From contig NC_057718.1 in the NCBI RefSeq assembly GCF_004010195.1, positions 7,794,707 through 7,858,706 on the forward strand: a stretch of DNA of 64,000 nucleotides, read 5' to 3'. A program made the translations under genes and the position numbers. The first letter of the stretch is position 1. Each line of letters starts with the position of its first letter. The DNA is from Chiloscyllium plagiosum (taxonomy: Eukaryota). Under the pieces are notes generated by a model. The model did no database searches and was not told where the DNA came from. It worked only from the letters and a program-made list of their open reading frames with translations. Positions 61,633 to 64,000 of this stretch are shown piece after piece.

Positions 61633-61786
61633 GTATGTTTCAGAATCAAGAACAGTCAACTCAATCAGGCTGCAGTGGGCTGTGCACTGATCAAAGCTGT
61701 GGGAAACAATGCACTCTCACCCCACCCAGATTATCGCAAAACCCTAGTTCACTACTTGTTAGTGCTGGAGAGTCTTAAAGTGGGTA

Positions 61787-62725
61787 CACACACACACACA
61801 TACATACACACACTCTCTCCCACATCCATGATTTTGCACGCATACATACACACAGACTCGCACACACAGACTCGCACACACAGTCACACATGCATGCACA
61901 CACATGTGCATACACACACACTCATGCATACATACACACGCACTCACACTCTCACACATCCACGCATTTACACATTCTCTCACACACATACATACACACA
62001 CACTCTCCCTCACAGGTATATATGCACAAATTCTCTCTCTCTCACTCACACACACACACACACACACACTCTCACGCATGCACGTATATACAAACTCACA
62101 CGCATACATACACACATGCACACACATACTGTCTCACACATGCATATATACACATACTCACACGTGCAGCCATACACACACTCACACATACACACACTCT
62201 CTCTCTGTCTCTCTCTCACACAAATACTGTTTCTATCACACACATACACACACTCTCTCACTCACGCATACATGTGCACATATTCACACACTCTCACATG
62301 CATATATACACTCTCACACGCATGCACACACACTCACACGTGCATACGCACTCTCTCAAACGCATACATACACACGCTCTCTCTCACCTACATGCATACA
62401 CTCTCACATGCACAAACGTATACACACAGTCTCTCACGTGCATACATACACACATACCTGCTCACATGTGCATACACACACTCGCACACATGCATACATA
62501 CACAGACTCTCACAAGTACATACACACACACACTATTTCACATGCGCGCGCGCGCACACTCATATGTGCAAGCATACATATACACTCTCACACACATGCA
62601 CACACCTGTGTGCTTACATGCACATACACTCATGCGTGTGCACACACATACACATGCACACACGCACTGTCTCTCAAATATGCACATTCTCTGTCTCACA
62701 CACGTATGGACATGCACACACAAGC
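61787..62725. repeat. Degenerate (CA)n/(CT)n microsatellite, ~940 bp, in intron 3
   Basis: Low-complexity CA-rich tract that generates spurious His/Thr-rich ORFs. Confidence 0.95.
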
Positions 62726-62887
62726 ACCAGAACTCTGCAACAAACATAGTCCATTCAGCTCACTCTAACCTCATGTACTGTTCAGCTGGTTCCCATCATT
62801 TATTGACTTTTAGGGGCTCATGATCAGAGTTATCGTGTGAAAACAGTATATCAAATAACTGTAAGCAATGTTCAGATTCTTTATCAG

Positions 62888-62981
62888 GTTTGTGAAGAAG
62901 GAGCAGCTTCAATATGGTACATTAGTTAATGAGACAAAGGAAGGAAATATATTATTGGCACAGCTGAGAACATTTCACTGA
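62888..62981 (+). CDS. Candidate terminal coding exon 4 of preproendothelin
   Basis: Acceptor ttctttatcag|G in the correct phase 2, open for FVKKEQLQYGTLVNETKEGNILLAQLRTFH*. It would give a 152-aa precursor. Homology evidence is weak. Confidence 0.35.
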
Positions 62982-63219
62982 TTGTAAATCCATTCTGTTC
63001 AACTGAGGAGCAGGAACAGAGGGTTCTTATGGTTTTGGGGGGTAGAGTGTTCATCCCTTAGTTAACTCCAGCTTTGGCTATTCCAACATATTTGTACCAT
63101 CTTCCATCTTCAAAGCTCCATAAACCAGAGGCCAATGAAAACTCTGCTGCCCTGTACCTTAACTCCCATCAAGTCCTGCCCACCTATCCCTTCCACTCTT
63201 GCTGGCTCCCGGTAAGACT

Positions 63220-64000
63220 AAGAAACAGGAACAGGCTGTTTGGCTCCGTCAGCCTGCACCACGATTCAATTGGATCACAGCCTATCTGACATTCCTCATG
63301 TTCCACTTTCCTGCCATTTCCCTGTAACCCTCAACTCCCCAACTGATCTAAAATCTATCTCCGCCTCAAATATACACAAAGACTCTGCCCCCACAGCTCT
63401 CTCTGTGGCAAGGAGTTCTAAAGACACTCAACCCTCTGAGAGAAGAAATTCCTCCTCATCTCAGTCTTAAATTGGTGCCTCTTCATTCTGAGGCTGTACT
63501 GTCTGGTCCTAGACTCTCCCATGAGGGGAAACATCCTCTCAGCATTGACCCTGTTAAGCTCCTTAAGAATCTGATATGTTTCAATGAGATCGCCTCTAAT
63601 TCTTCTGAACACCAATGAGCAGAGTCCCAATCTGCTTAATGTTTGCTCATAAGACAATCTCTCCATACCAGGGATCAATGTAGTGAAGCATCTCTGAATT
63701 GTCTCCCATGAAATAATATCTTTCTTGAATAAGGGGACCAGAACTGCTCACAGTACGTCAGACATGGTTCAGTTGCAGTAAGACTCTTATACTCCAACAC
63801 TCCCTGAGATAAGGGCCAACCTTCCATTAGCCTTCCTGATTACCTGCTGTACCTGTGTGCTAGCGTTCTGTGTTCTGTACACTTGTGCAGGTGTTTAGTT
63901 TGTCTTGCAGCTTTCTGCAGTATTTCTTCATTTAAATAATATTCTGTTCTTTTGATCTCCTTTCCAAAATGAATAACTTCAAATTTTCTCACATTATACT
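63220..64000 (-). mobile_element. CR1-type LINE 3' fragment running off the window end
   Basis: ORF 63418-63678(-) MIPGMERLSYEQTLSRLGLCSLVFRRIRGDLIETYQILK..RNFFSQRV. Confidence 0.85.

Noticed and set aside
61463..61690. Stand-alone 75-aa ORF from the track
   Set aside because: It starts at a non-ATG codon and only 61504-61632 is exonic. The alternative acceptor at 61507 would frameshift.
61495..62823. 442-aa His/Thr-rich ORF
   Set aside because: CA-microsatellite artefact; its start overlaps exon 3 in the wrong frame.

Overview
This is repeat-rich vertebrate genomic DNA, not prokaryotic. The repeat families (HE1-type V-SINEs, HER1/CR1 LINE fragments, Penelope-like termini) point to a cartilaginous fish, probably a shark; this taxon call is an inference. 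There are three assembly gaps (16648-17147, 31137-31239, 53342-53562). The one real gene, which the ORF track almost entirely misses, is a spliced preproendothelin on the + strand. Exon 1 CDS (33013-33073) encodes a signal peptide. Exon 2 (45540-45714) encodes a furin site REKR, the 21-aa peptide [21 protein letters not shown] and VNTPG. Exon 3 (61504-61632) encodes QVVPYGLG..RKR and the endothelin-like domain CFCTKGKDAECRTFC. A tentative last exon lies at 62888-62981. Intron phases of 1/2/2 match the vertebrate EDN gene plan. The HVGIVW tail, in place of HLDIIW, suggests the Edn4 paralog that mammals lack. The second notable system is a set of four short Penelope-like terminal repeat families carrying minimal type-I hammerhead ribozyme cores. 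Many are inserted as tailed palindromes with 14-18 bp target-site duplications, several inside the endothelin introns. The window also holds a 7.8-kb 25-bp satellite with higher-order structure, a 33-bp minisatellite apparently derived from a SINE core, a Tigger-like MITE, and many SINE/LINE relics. Almost all listed ORFs are repeat artefacts.
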